Virus record (IMG/VR): IMGVR_UViG_3300024496_000030 | Span: 19,117 to 83,116 of that record | DNA length: 64,000 nt | From: a virus | Direction: 5' to 3' (one strand) | In this document: positions 55,549-63,931 of the stretch, in pieces | Layout of the letters: each line of letters starts with the position of its first letter | How positions within the stretch are numbered: position 1 is the first letter of the stretch | The notes under the pieces: model-generated | Told to the model about the DNA's origin: nothing | Database searches by the model: none | The model's input: the letters and a program-made list of their open reading frames with translations, nothing else | Made by a program: the position numbers and the translations under genes

Positions 55549-56121
55549 ATGAGCTATCGTTTTACCGATCTTGATATTGATCTAGTTACGGTCGAGAACT
55601 ATCAAGAGATTTTAAAACCTTCTTTAGCTCAGCAGGTTACACCGTTCCTGCCGCCAGAGGGAAGCTTTGAAACGCCAGACCTTAAGCGATACCTGGAGCT
55701 GGTCAAGAGCTATGAGGTCAGCACAACGGATCTTATTCACGGGTTATCACTAGCTGATCAGATCAGGATTACCTTCAGTGATATGAAACCCGCCACCATT
55801 TGTGAGAAGTTTCCCGACATTGACTTAGCAACAAAACGGCGATATCGTTGTGTAGCTGAATATTTGATACGCCAGCAAGAGCTAGCTAAACTCAAAGATG
55901 AGAATGGCAAGCTCATTAAGAAACTAGGCAATATGGGAAAGATGGTTGTCATCTATCAACCCCTGCCTAAGATCTGCAAAACCCTACAACAAACCGGACT
56001 CGGGCAGTTTATTAAAGATGAGCGACAGGCGGCAAAGGTTAATCAACGGTCTCCTCTCAACAGCCAAAACTGGTGGGGAGAAGAAGATGGCACAGCTTGT
56101 GATCGAGAGAATCTGTGCTGA
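55549..56121 (+). CDS. hypothetical protein
   Basis: ORF track. Confidence 0.65.
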   Translation: MSYRFTDLDIDLVTVENYQEILKPSLAQQVTPFLPPEGSFETPDLKRYLELVKSYEVSTTDLIHGLSLADQIRITFSDMKPATICEKFPDIDLATKRRYRCVAEYLIRQQELAKLKDENGKLIKKLGNMGKMVVIYQPLPKICKTLQQTGLGQFIKDERQAAKVNQRSPLNSQNWWGEEDGTACDRENLC

Positions 56122-56434
56122 CATGTGTGACTTCTACGAGAAGTTCTACGGCAACGAAGGTCCTGGCGCCATGGTGTATGTTCCTGGTACTGAAAAGCCT
56201 GAGGACTCCATGTTCTACTTGACGGTCCCAGCATTGATCCAGGCACAGTCTGACTTCCGCTCCAGGGAAATGGATGGTCCTGCTGAGATTATGCAGAAAG
56301 CCATTGCCCGTGCAGAATCTATTAACCCAAAGGAGCAGGCTGTTTTTATCCTCCAGGATGAAAAGCAAATGTCCCTGATCTGCTATAAGCGTGATCAGCC
56401 ACTGCCATTTGCTGAACTGGGAGAGGATGCATAG
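56018..56434 (+). CDS. hypothetical protein
   Basis: ATG 56018 in track ORF. Confidence 0.6.
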   Translation: MSDRRQRLINGLLSTAKTGGEKKMAQLVIERICADMCDFYEKFYGNEGPGAMVYVPGTEKPEDSMFYLTVPALIQAQSDFRSREMDGPAEIMQKAIARAESINPKEQAVFILQDEKQMSLICYKRDQPLPFAELGEDA

Positions 56435-57053
56435 GCAGCGGGCTACAACAAATAACCATTTTGAAAAGCTCTATCGCATCTACCGACTAGAGGAAGATTG
56501 GTGTACACCACCTGAATATCTTCCTCTGATTTATCACACCTTAGGTAGCGTTGATCTTGATCCAGGATCAACAGAACATGCTAATAATGAGTTCTTAAAA
56601 GCAGATACAATCTTTACCAAGAAGGATGATGCACTCAACCGCACCGATCCCTGGCGCGGCAATGTGTATTGCTTCCCTCCCACCTATGGCCGCTGCTCCT
56701 TTAACAAACACAGGGGCAGCTGGCGCTGGTCATTACGCGGTGGCTTTGGCGCACAGAGTCCGTCTACAGCTTGGTTCAGACGCCTGGAGAAGGACTGGAA
56801 GCTGGGCTATGTCAATGCTGCCTTGTTCTTTACGGTGACGCCAGAGGTGATGAGAACGGCTCCTCAGATCTGGGATTATCCAATCTGTATTCCGTCAAAA
56901 CGTCCTAAGTTGCTGCACGGCAAGACGTTCTACCAGATTGAAAACTTCCCTAAATGGGGATTCTTTGTATTCTTACCACCCAAGGAAGGTGGCTTTAACC
57001 GCCTGGATAAGTTTGAAGAAGCCTTCTCAACGATTGGGAAGGTTGTACTTTGA
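56427..57053 (+). CDS. phage Dam-type N6-adenine methyltransferase-like protein with variant catalytic motif
   Basis: DWCTP, DLDP, DDAL..PWRG.VYCFPPTYG in place of NPPY. Confidence 0.65.
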   Translation: MHRQRATTNNHFEKLYRIYRLEEDWCTPPEYLPLIYHTLGSVDLDPGSTEHANNEFLKADTIFTKKDDALNRTDPWRGNVYCFPPTYGRCSFNKHRGSWRWSLRGGFGAQSPSTAWFRRLEKDWKLGYVNAALFFTVTPEVMRTAPQIWDYPICIPSKRPKLLHGKTFYQIENFPKWGFFVFLPPKEGGFNRLDKFEEAFSTIGKVVL

Positions 57054-57054
57054 A

Positions 57055-57351
57055 CTAAGACGGTGTAGCGCGAAAGGAATTGCGGTAACCAAGAGAGCGG
57101 TCAGTGTTACCGAAACTGGAAGAACCACGTGGCTCGTAAGGGAGCGCAACGATAGGAATAGTACCGCCTTGTGCAGGGAAAACAAACCGATCATCTTGGC
57201 TCCGTTCCTGTGTGATAGGCAGCCTAGCGGTTGAACGCCGCGCTTCTAAATAGTTTTGTAAGAAACCAAGGGCCTGATTGTTGTCAGGCATCTCCTTTGC
57301 TTCTTTAAAGCGACTGTCAACCTTGTAGGATTGACTCTTCTCAAATGCCAT
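57055..57351 (-). CDS. small late protein with FLxxY motif
   Basis: GFLQNYL. Confidence 0.6.
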   Translation of the reverse strand: MAFEKSQSYKVDSRFKEAKEMPDNNQALGFLQNYLEARRSTARLPITQERSQDDRFVFPAQGGTIPIVALPYEPRGSSSFGNTDRSLGYRNSFRATPS

Positions 57352-57382
57352 TCTATTATTCTGCCAGCACTAAACGTTAACC

Positions 57383-57790
57383 TTGTCAGATCCAGTCAAT
57401 CACCCCAATCATTACACCAAAGGTGGTGTGGAATGTATTGATGCCATCCAATCCTCAATGACAGAGGAGGCCTTCCGTGGCTACTGCAAAGGTAACATTC
57501 AAAAATATATCTATCGCTACGAAGATAAACAGAATCCTAAGCAGGATCTATTGAAGGCACGGTGGTATCTGGATCGTCTGCTTCAAACGTTTCCTCAAGA
57601 AACTCAGTCAGAGCCTCAACCTCCTCAATCATCAACACCCGAGCAAACGCATCAAGCTCCTGTAAATATTTCTCTGACTCCTCCGGAATTAGACTGCTTG
57701 CGTACCTTAGAGGCTCTAGATCTTTTAGATCAGCTTCAAGGAAAGAAGAGCGGGAGCCCGTCGACCGTGGCGGCTCGTTCCAAAGCGTAA
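57383..57790 (+). CDS. DUF3310 (T7 gp1.7-like nucleotide kinase) protein
   Basis: DPVNHPNHY..G.VECIDAI...GYCKGN..KY..R...K....DL.KA.WYL. Confidence 0.85.
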   Translation: MSDPVNHPNHYTKGGVECIDAIQSSMTEEAFRGYCKGNIQKYIYRYEDKQNPKQDLLKARWYLDRLLQTFPQETQSEPQPPQSSTPEQTHQAPVNISLTPPELDCLRTLEALDLLDQLQGKKSGSPSTVAARSKA

Positions 57791-58427
57791 AGAATTTAGA
57801 AACAATTTCACCGCCAGGGTCTAACCGTAAAAGTTCAGATTCTAAATATTCAATAGCTTTAACCTGCTCGACAGTTCCGTTATAGTTTGCTGCAATGTTC
57901 AACAGACACTGGGGCAGAACACATTGATGTTCAACCAACAACGGAACTTCAATATCACTCTGTAAATAAAGATCTAATTCAGCTCTCCTCCTATCCCTTA
58001 AGGTAGGATCTGATTGATAATTTCTACGCATAAAGGGAGACCATTCTTTAATGATCTCCTCTTTACTTGCGTTGCTATTGATTAATTCAAGCAGCTTACA
58101 TTCCTTGAAGTAAGTAATACCTACACTCTCTGCATAGCTTAGGACAGCACCACGCTTCTTTTCATTCAGTGGCATGTAAACCAGATCAGCCACATACTCA
58201 GAGAAGACCTCTAGATCTTTCTTGAGCTGCTCATCAATTTCATGGCGCCTAACCTTGGTAAACGGTGTAACTGTCTGGCGGCCAATCTTCTTACTGCCGT
58301 AACCAATCAGCCAGGGACCGTCTTCCTTGGTTGCTTTATAGGAGGTATATTCTTCAAACCCAAGATGGATGCGGCAAGGTGTGTACCGCCGCACCAGTTC
58401 AAACGCGTAGTCGGTATAAAAGGACAA
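57537..58427 (-). CDS. GH24 lysozyme-like protein, catalytic Glu apparently lost
   Basis: WLIGYG, LNEKKRGAVLSYA..VG, RRRAELDLY. Confidence 0.6.
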   Translation of the reverse strand: MSFYTDYAFELVRRYTPCRIHLGFEEYTSYKATKEDGPWLIGYGSKKIGRQTVTPFTKVRRHEIDEQLKKDLEVFSEYVADLVYMPLNEKKRGAVLSYAESVGITYFKECKLLELINSNASKEEIIKEWSPFMRRNYQSDPTLRDRRRAELDLYLQSDIEVPLLVEHQCVLPQCLLNIAANYNGTVEQVKAIEYLESELLRLDPGGEIVSKFFTLWNEPPRSTGSRSSFLEADLKDLEPLRYASSLIPEESEKYLQELDAFARVLMIEEVEALTEFLEETFEADDPDTTVPSIDPA

Positions 58428-58452
58428 GGGACCGCTGGCCCCTTATCAGGGC

Positions 58453-58839
58453 TCAGGGAACAACAACAGAACCGTTATAGCTGATTTCGCTATAGCCGTC
58501 TGGAGTGGTCATCAGAACAATATAGTTCTTAGCAGCATTGGTCACAGTCACAGCAACGGCACCTTTGCCCTTGCCTGCTTTTGCAATGTTAAAGAATTTC
58601 TGATAACCGGTTGGCGGGTTGCCAGCGGTGTAGTCATCATCCTGGAAGATCTCGATGGTTTCAATACCAACGCTACGATCAATGGTCACAATGATGTCGC
58701 CAGTAGTTCCGGGGTTCACCAGGAATGCACGCTGACTTAAATCACCAGTGGAACCAGGCAGAGCATCACCTTTATAAACCAGCTCAGCGCCACTAGCGGT
58801 AAAGGTGTCTTGCGTTCCTTGAAAAGTGCGGGTAGCCAT
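58453..58839 (-). CDS. beta-rich putative structural protein
   Basis: T/G/V-rich, 128 aa. Confidence 0.6.
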   Translation of the reverse strand: MATRTFQGTQDTFTASGAELVYKGDALPGSTGDLSQRAFLVNPGTTGDIIVTIDRSVGIETIEIFQDDDYTAGNPPTGYQKFFNIAKAGKGKGAVAVTVTNAAKNYIVLMTTPDGYSEISYNGSVVVP

Positions 58840-58841
58840 TA

Positions 58842-59063
58842 TCAGTTAATTTGGTTTTGCGTTTGAAACTGGAAGGAGATGTCGGCATCAATACCGTGTT
58901 CTTTAAGGATGCTGAGGAACATCTGACGGTCCATCATTTTCATGTGGAGCATGTCCACGAAGGCTTCCTCTAGCTCATCACGGTCAAGATCCTTGATTGC
59001 CAGAGCTGCTGCATGGATAGCAAATTCACTATCAATGGGCAGATCCAGGGCATTGGCATCCAT
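58842..59063 (-). CDS. nblA: NblA-like phycobilisome degradation adaptor
   Basis: L.IDSEF.I......I..LDRDEL...FVDML...MM.RQMF..ILK matches the NblA helix-loop-helix pattern. Confidence 0.6.
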   Translation of the reverse strand: MDANALDLPIDSEFAIHAAALAIKDLDRDELEEAFVDMLHMKMMDRQMFLSILKEHGIDADISFQFQTQNQIN

Positions 59064-59116
59064 TAAAAATTTACCAATCCGTCACTACATCCTAACAGCT
59101 CTGCAATTTTTGGCTA

Positions 59117-59263
59117 CTAGGCCATTGCAGGTTGATCACCAAGTGGAATGTACCGTTGGTCTACGGTGAAGTACGGAATATCTGGTGCGCCCTCTGATTC
59201 CTCTGGGTTGAAATCAGGAAGCCTTTCTGTGACGTAGCCGTTGAGAAAACTTTTTGTATCCAT
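59117..59263 (-). CDS. 48-aa protein with FLxxY motif
   Basis: My translation MDTKSFLNGYVTERLPDF...; below the track cutoff. Confidence 0.55.
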   Translation of the reverse strand: MDTKSFLNGYVTERLPDFNPEESEGAPDIPYFTVDQRYIPLGDQPAMA

Positions 59264-59337
59264 GATTAAGAATTGATGAACTTACAACACAGGTGCAAGC
59301 ATAAACACTGGCAAAAACAATGACCAGAGTTGCCATC

Positions 59338-59679
59338 TCACGCAGCAGCAACATGGAAAGTTACAGTTGCAGCAGTGCCACCGCTCTCGCTAACAAAGTT
59401 AGGCCGAATCCATTTCACTGGACGGCCCGACACAGAATAGGATGTATTGCCGTTAGCAGTAATTGTTTGATCAGCAATGATCGGTGCATAGTTTGTTCCA
59501 TCAATGCTGCCTTCTAAACGGACAACAACATTAGTATTGATGTTACTAACCAACACAATTAAGGTGTAGTCACTTGTAGAAAACAAGTTGTTAACTGCAA
59601 CTTGCAAGGTATTGCCAACACCAGGGGCGGTTAACGCTGCATTAATATCAAAGATTGTGTCTTGAAAATAGTTAACCAT
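59338..59679 (-). CDS. beta-sandwich putative structural protein
   Basis: VRLEGSIDGTNY pattern. Confidence 0.65.
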   Translation of the reverse strand: MVNYFQDTIFDINAALTAPGVGNTLQVAVNNLFSTSDYTLIVLVSNINTNVVVRLEGSIDGTNYAPIIADQTITANGNTSYSVSGRPVKWIRPNFVSESGGTAATVTFHVAAA

Positions 59680-59681
59680 GA

Positions 59682-60140
59682 TTACCCCAGGGTGGACTTA
59701 AGCAGCCATTGGAATTTTTTGTGAACGCGGCCGCGCTCTACAGCCAAGTCTAAGGTGAACTGATCTTGCATTGCCTCTGCTTCTTCTGCTAGCAGATGGA
59801 ACGATTCAGCTACGGCATTGTTGTTAATAGCAAGCGTCCGGATCATGGCATCTTGATCAAAACAATTCTCAGGCACTGGCGCCAGCATTGAATTGTTAAG
59901 ATCTTCTACACTCATTGGAGTGCTGATATCTAAAGAACGCAGGTGTTCAGCAATGGTATCGAGACCACCCTGCAGTTCTTCGTAGATCTCTTGGGTGAGT
60001 TTGTGGATGGAGTAAAACTTACTGCCCATCAGATTCCAATGGACAATATAAGTTTGATTGAGAAGATGCGATGTATCCCGCAGCAACTGTACCAGATGAC
60101 AGTAACAGGTTGTTTTGGAATCCATTTTTACTTTAGCCAT
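59682..60140 (-). CDS. dps: Dps/ferritin-like protein
   Basis: HWNLMG..FYSIH...EIYEE....LD.IAE; HKKFQWLL. Confidence 0.85.
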   Translation of the reverse strand: MAKVKMDSKTTCYCHLVQLLRDTSHLLNQTYIVHWNLMGSKFYSIHKLTQEIYEELQGGLDTIAEHLRSLDISTPMSVEDLNNSMLAPVPENCFDQDAMIRTLAINNNAVAESFHLLAEEAEAMQDQFTLDLAVERGRVHKKFQWLLKSTLG

Positions 60141-60158
60141 TGCTTTTACCATTTAACC

Positions 60159-60734
60159 TCAAGCTGGAAAAAACTTCTGAGTTTTTGAAAACCATTTTCC
60201 ATCTGCAAATAAAAACTCGGGAGGGCAACCAGTCTCAAGGCGGCGCTTAAGAGCATCTGGATCTTTACCAGATATTCTAGCAGCGTCATATAAGCACATC
60301 TTCTCTCCTTTGTACTCAACAAAAATATTGTTTCTTTTATTACGATTTTGATCATATGCTGTAGCCCACCGAACATTTCCAGGAGCATAGTCTCCTTGAG
60401 GATCAATTCGGTCAAGAGTACATTTATCTGGTCTAGGACCTAACTCATTCCAGAACTCATCAAAGGATTTAAATAAAAATTGAACATGACCATAACAATT
60501 CTTGTGGTTATCTTGAACTCTTTTTTTAGCTCTGTAATAACTTTTATATGCTCCTAATTTTATTGGATCATGTTTTGCTGATGGTTTTTTAACATTGCAC
60601 TTTATACCTGTACGCGCGCAAGATCTACAGACCCACTCACAACCTTTCCGATTATATTGATCTATTCGAATAGATGCTTGTTTTTGACAGGTTTTGCATT
60701 TTACGTCAACGTAGTTCCAACGTGGTGAAGGCAT
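60159..60734 (-). mobile_element. free-standing HNH-type homing endonuclease gene
   Basis: LGPRP...TLDRIDPQGDYAPGNVRWAT...QNRNKR; AT-rich; flanked by duplicated VKW codons. Confidence 0.75.
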
Positions 60735-61060
60735 GAGGTCAGAAGCTCAGACCCAACTATACCACTTATAATCATCCACTTCACGCGGTCAGCCCAGAAG
60801 GCAGCTGACATTTTTCCTTTGGCAATGTTTTTAGCATGACGTGCTTTAAAACTTTCCCTGCGTTTACGGTAACTTTCTGATTCACCTTGTTTTTTAGGTG
60901 AGCCAGAAACACCTTGCTGGCCAAAGCGAATGATCTTTTCTTTTCCATTCTCGCACGCCTTGACTACATGCGATTTGGTTGGGTGGCCAGGAGTGCGCTG
61001 CGGTTTATTGCAGGCCATCCGTTCCTTCGCTAACCGCTTGGCCTTTGCACGATCTGCCAT
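60701..61060 (-). CDS. conserved basic phage protein (KIIRFGQQG / RRESFKARH) with read-through tail
   Basis: Recognised pattern, which as I recall normally ends ...VKW*. Confidence 0.75.
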   Translation of the reverse strand: MADRAKAKRLAKERMACNKPQRTPGHPTKSHVVKACENGKEKIIRFGQQGVSGSPKKQGESESYRKRRESFKARHAKNIAKGKMSAAFWADRVKWMIISGIVGSELLTSCLHHVGTTLT

Positions 61061-61064
61061 GGCG

Positions 61065-61262
61065 TCAAACGTAATTAGAGCGACGTTCTTCGCTGATCAC
61101 GGTCATATCAGGACGACCTTGAGCCAGCTTCTGCCAGTTGGTAGGCCAGCGCTCATCACGCGTTTCCTTTAAGTTTTCTTCTGGAGCCGGAAAATCTTCT
61201 GCGCGGATGTAACGATCCAGAAAATCCTTACCTGCTCCTTCTGTATCTTCTGGAGGCATCAT
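61065..61262 (-). CDS. small late protein with FLxxY motif
   Basis: DFLDRYI. Confidence 0.55.
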   Translation of the reverse strand: MMPPEDTEGAGKDFLDRYIRAEDFPAPEENLKETRDERWPTNWQKLAQGRPDMTVISEERRSNYV

Positions 61263-61636
61263 GCGCTTACAACAAAGTCAGTAACGTTGAATAGAGAAAC
61301 AGTCTGAGGTTTCTGCTCTAACCACTGTTTAATTTTACTTTCCCTTTCCTCAGAGTACAATGGATGCCCTTTTTTAAACCAGGCAAAGGGCAGATCCGAT
61401 GCTTTTGATTTATTACAGGAGGTGCAACAACAAGCTAGGTTGTTGCGGGTGTTGTGTCCACCTTTGTGTTTAGGAACAATGTGATCAATTGTGGCAGTAC
61501 GTTCACACAATTGTTTTTCACAGTATGCACATTTCCAATGCCAGGCTTCAAATATTGATTCTCTAAATTTCTTGCGAGCACTCTTAGGAGTTAAAACAAT
61601 GAGATTAACTAAAAGATCGTTCTCACAATGAAACAT
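61259..61636 (-). CDS. HNH endonuclease (McrA-like)
   Basis: CAYC..TIDHIVP..KGG.N...NL...C..CN..K. Confidence 0.9.
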   Translation of the reverse strand: MFHCENDLLVNLIVLTPKSARKKFRESIFEAWHWKCAYCEKQLCERTATIDHIVPKHKGGHNTRNNLACCCTSCNKSKASDLPFAWFKKGHPLYSEERESKIKQWLEQKPQTVSLFNVTDFVVSA

Positions 61637-61705
61637 GAGCGGTTCATGATTCCTAACATCAGGTTAGGGTGCACAAACCTGTACTACCTGCTAAGCTGCT
61701 GGAGT

Positions 61706-61780
61706 GCCCGGATAGCCCAATCGGAAGCAGGCAAGCGATTTAAAATCGCTACAGTGAGGGTTCAAATCCCTCTCCGGGTA
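61706..61780 (+). tRNA. trnL: tRNA-Leu(TAA), short variable loop
   Basis: GCCCGGA/TCCGGGT acceptor, AGCGA-TTTAAAA-TCGCT, GAGGG-TTCAAAT-CCCTC, A73, no encoded CCA. Confidence 0.85.
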
Positions 61781-61783
61781 TAA

Positions 61784-61857
61784 CGGGATATAGCGCAGCT
61801 TGGAAGCGTGCCTGATTTGGGTTCAGGAGGTCGCAGGTTCAAATCCTGCTATCCCGA
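61784..61857 (+). tRNA. trnP: tRNA-Pro(TGG)
   Basis: CGGGATA/TATCCCG acceptor, CCTGA-TTTGGGT-TCAGG, GCAGG-TTCAAAT-CCTGC. Confidence 0.93.
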
Positions 61858-62097
61858 TTAATCAGTTAAACCAATCTCTTCTAAGAACAAATCAGTATCT
61901 TGATCTGCTGGATCATAGTCTGCATCTTCTAAAAGTTTTAACAAGAAGTGATGCACACGCTCTGTAACCCAGCGTAGATCCTCATCATTAACATCACAGA
62001 CAATTGCATTAAGACGGAGTTCACGGGACGGCTCCCGTACATAATCTGCAATTAACTCCAGAGCACGATATCGTCCCTTGGTGAACTCACCGAGCAT
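61858..62097 (-). CDS. hypothetical protein
   Basis: ORF track. Confidence 0.6.
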   Translation of the reverse strand: MLGEFTKGRYRALELIADYVREPSRELRLNAIVCDVNDEDLRWVTERVHHFLLKLLEDADYDPADQDTDLFLEEIGLTD

Positions 62098-62315
62098 CAG
62101 TCTGCACCAAGACCACCAAGAGCTGCCTGTACAGCCTCGGTATCAGCAACATCCTGGCGGTCCTTGACAACCGTAAGGATCTCAAGGGCACCTTGCACTT
62201 TGAGGTAACCCTCTTTACTGCGCATCAGTTTCTCTTCTGTTGCACGGATATCGTCAGCAAGCGCCTTGAGTTGTGCGTTTAACCCCGACTCCAGTTCAGA
62301 AATAATTGCGGACAT
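62097..62315 (-). CDS. small coiled-coil protein
   Basis: YLKVQGALEIL pattern; ATG 62315. Confidence 0.65.
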   Translation of the reverse strand: MSAIISELESGLNAQLKALADDIRATEEKLMRSKEGYLKVQGALEILTVVKDRQDVADTEAVQAALGGLGAD

Positions 62316-62344
62316 AACAATGATTGATCTAGGCAAATAATAAC

Positions 62345-63583
62345 TTATTTGAGATCAATCCACCAACCAGTGTTAGGTCCATCCACAGTCCAGCGGCGCT
62401 TAAAGAGGTTATAGCTATAGCGCAGGCGTTCACCGTTGGTGCTGATGTAGGTGCCACTGTAGTTATCAATTTCACCCCAGGGGTCATGGACAACAAAGCG
62501 TTGCTTCTCTTCTTCATAGCCAATGACACAAATCCAGTGACCGCTTCCTGTTGGCGCATTAGCTGGTCCTTTATGGAGGATGCCAACAGGACAGGGGAAA
62601 CCTTGATCAATGCGTTGCTTGAGATCTTCAATATTGCCGTTTTGCTTGAAAGCCGCTTTTAATCCAAGCTGCTGCAGCGCTTTGACCTGGACCCAGGCTT
62701 CTGTGGTATCACCAATAGCAAACACTTTCTTAATGTAATCATTATCATTGGCGATACAACCAGGCCGCAGATACATCGCTGCCATAGCGCAGCTGGAGGA
62801 GAAACAGGTGCGGCCAGCATCTCTGTAGTTGTCCCGCTGGGACTGATAGGGAACAGGCAGGATCAGGCCGTCGTAGAGCACCTCTGCTTTCTCAGCAGGC
62901 TTGGTCATGGCACCACCTAGGCCATACCAGTGTTCATCAAAGGCCCACCAAACACCAAGGCCCCAGGGAAGTAGAAGCTTAGTGTGCTTAGCACGTTTCT
63001 CAAGAACTTGAACACCTTTATATTCCCGATCTTTTTTAATTGGAACCCGTTGATTGAGTTTCAGTTCACTGCTAGGAACTGGTTCTTTCTTAAGAAAAGT
63101 ATTTGTGACGCAGCGAATATCAATGGTTTCTATGGGCTTGAGTTCAGCGCCAGAGGTAAAGAGTTCAACTTCTTTCTTGCGCCGCTCTACAAGTCCAGGG
63201 AGGACCACACCATCACCCTTAACCCACTTAGGTAACTCTTCTTGTGCAACTTTATTAGGATCTTCTTTGTTATTAAGACGCTTGCGTAATGTGGATTCTT
63301 CTAATGCACCGAGGCCACAGTTAAATGCAAAGGATACCAATGCATCAAATTGTTGTTGATTTAAAGGAACCGTAATTAAAAGATCAACACCCTGCTCAAA
63401 CTTAACCAGATCACGCCGTAACATCTTATTGGCACGATCTTCTGTAATCACCATCCCTGGAGTTACATCATCTCCTGTATGACCGTAACCAACAGTCCAT
63501 ACGCCAACAGGACAAAGATAGGATTCAAGGCGTAAACCTTCAAAGCTTTTAATTAGGTTTAAGCCAGTCTCAGAAATCTTCAC
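62345..63583 (-). CDS. endolysin: GH24 lysozyme plus C-terminal C39-like cysteine peptidase
   Basis: IKSFEGLRL..Y......WTVGYGH, QFDALVSF.FN; VPYQSQ..TCF...GHW.CVIGY...HDPWG. Confidence 0.9.
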   Translation of the reverse strand: MKISETGLNLIKSFEGLRLESYLCPVGVWTVGYGHTGDDVTPGMVITEDRANKMLRRDLVKFEQGVDLLITVPLNQQQFDALVSFAFNCGLGALEESTLRKRLNNKEDPNKVAQEELPKWVKGDGVVLPGLVERRKKEVELFTSGAELKPIETIDIRCVTNTFLKKEPVPSSELKLNQRVPIKKDREYKGVQVLEKRAKHTKLLLPWGLGVWWAFDEHWYGLGGAMTKPAEKAEVLYDGLILPVPYQSQRDNYRDAGRTCFSSSCAMAAMYLRPGCIANDNDYIKKVFAIGDTTEAWVQVKALQQLGLKAAFKQNGNIEDLKQRIDQGFPCPVGILHKGPANAPTGSGHWICVIGYEEEKQRFVVHDPWGEIDNYSGTYISTNGERLRYSYNLFKRRWTVDGPNTGWWIDLK

Positions 63584-63611
63584 AGCAATCTAGATGCTGC
63601 GTTTATTGTAT

Positions 63612-63866
63612 CTAGTCTGCATTCCTTGACAGGCTAATCAAGGTTGTCAGTACACCCATCATGACGGCAATGGTCCGTGAATCAACGTCACTACAGCCCA
63701 TTGGAGCAGGATCTATTTTGTCACCTTCTAGTGTCCCTACATACTTGGCATACCAAGGCCAGATGGTAGGAAGCACATAAAACCGACAAGCACCCCACTG
63801 CAGTACAGCTACCACCAGGATTGCTGTAGCGGTCCCAACCACAGAACGCCACAGCCAATCCTTCAT
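63612..63866 (-). CDS. holin-like membrane protein
   Basis: Two hydrophobic segments; directly upstream of the endolysin. Confidence 0.5.
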   Translation of the reverse strand: MKDWLWRSVVGTATAILVVAVLQWGACRFYVLPTIWPWYAKYVGTLEGDKIDPAPMGCSDVDSRTIAVMMGVLTTLISLSRNAD

Positions 63867-63931
63867 AGCAGACTATCCTTGTTCTCTAGTGGGGTCAGCG
63901 GGCGCGGGCGTAATTGAAGAATTGACATGCC

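Noticed and set aside
60159-60784. Group I intron around the HNH gene
   Set aside because: About 40 nt of 5' flank and almost no 3' flank; no P7 core seen
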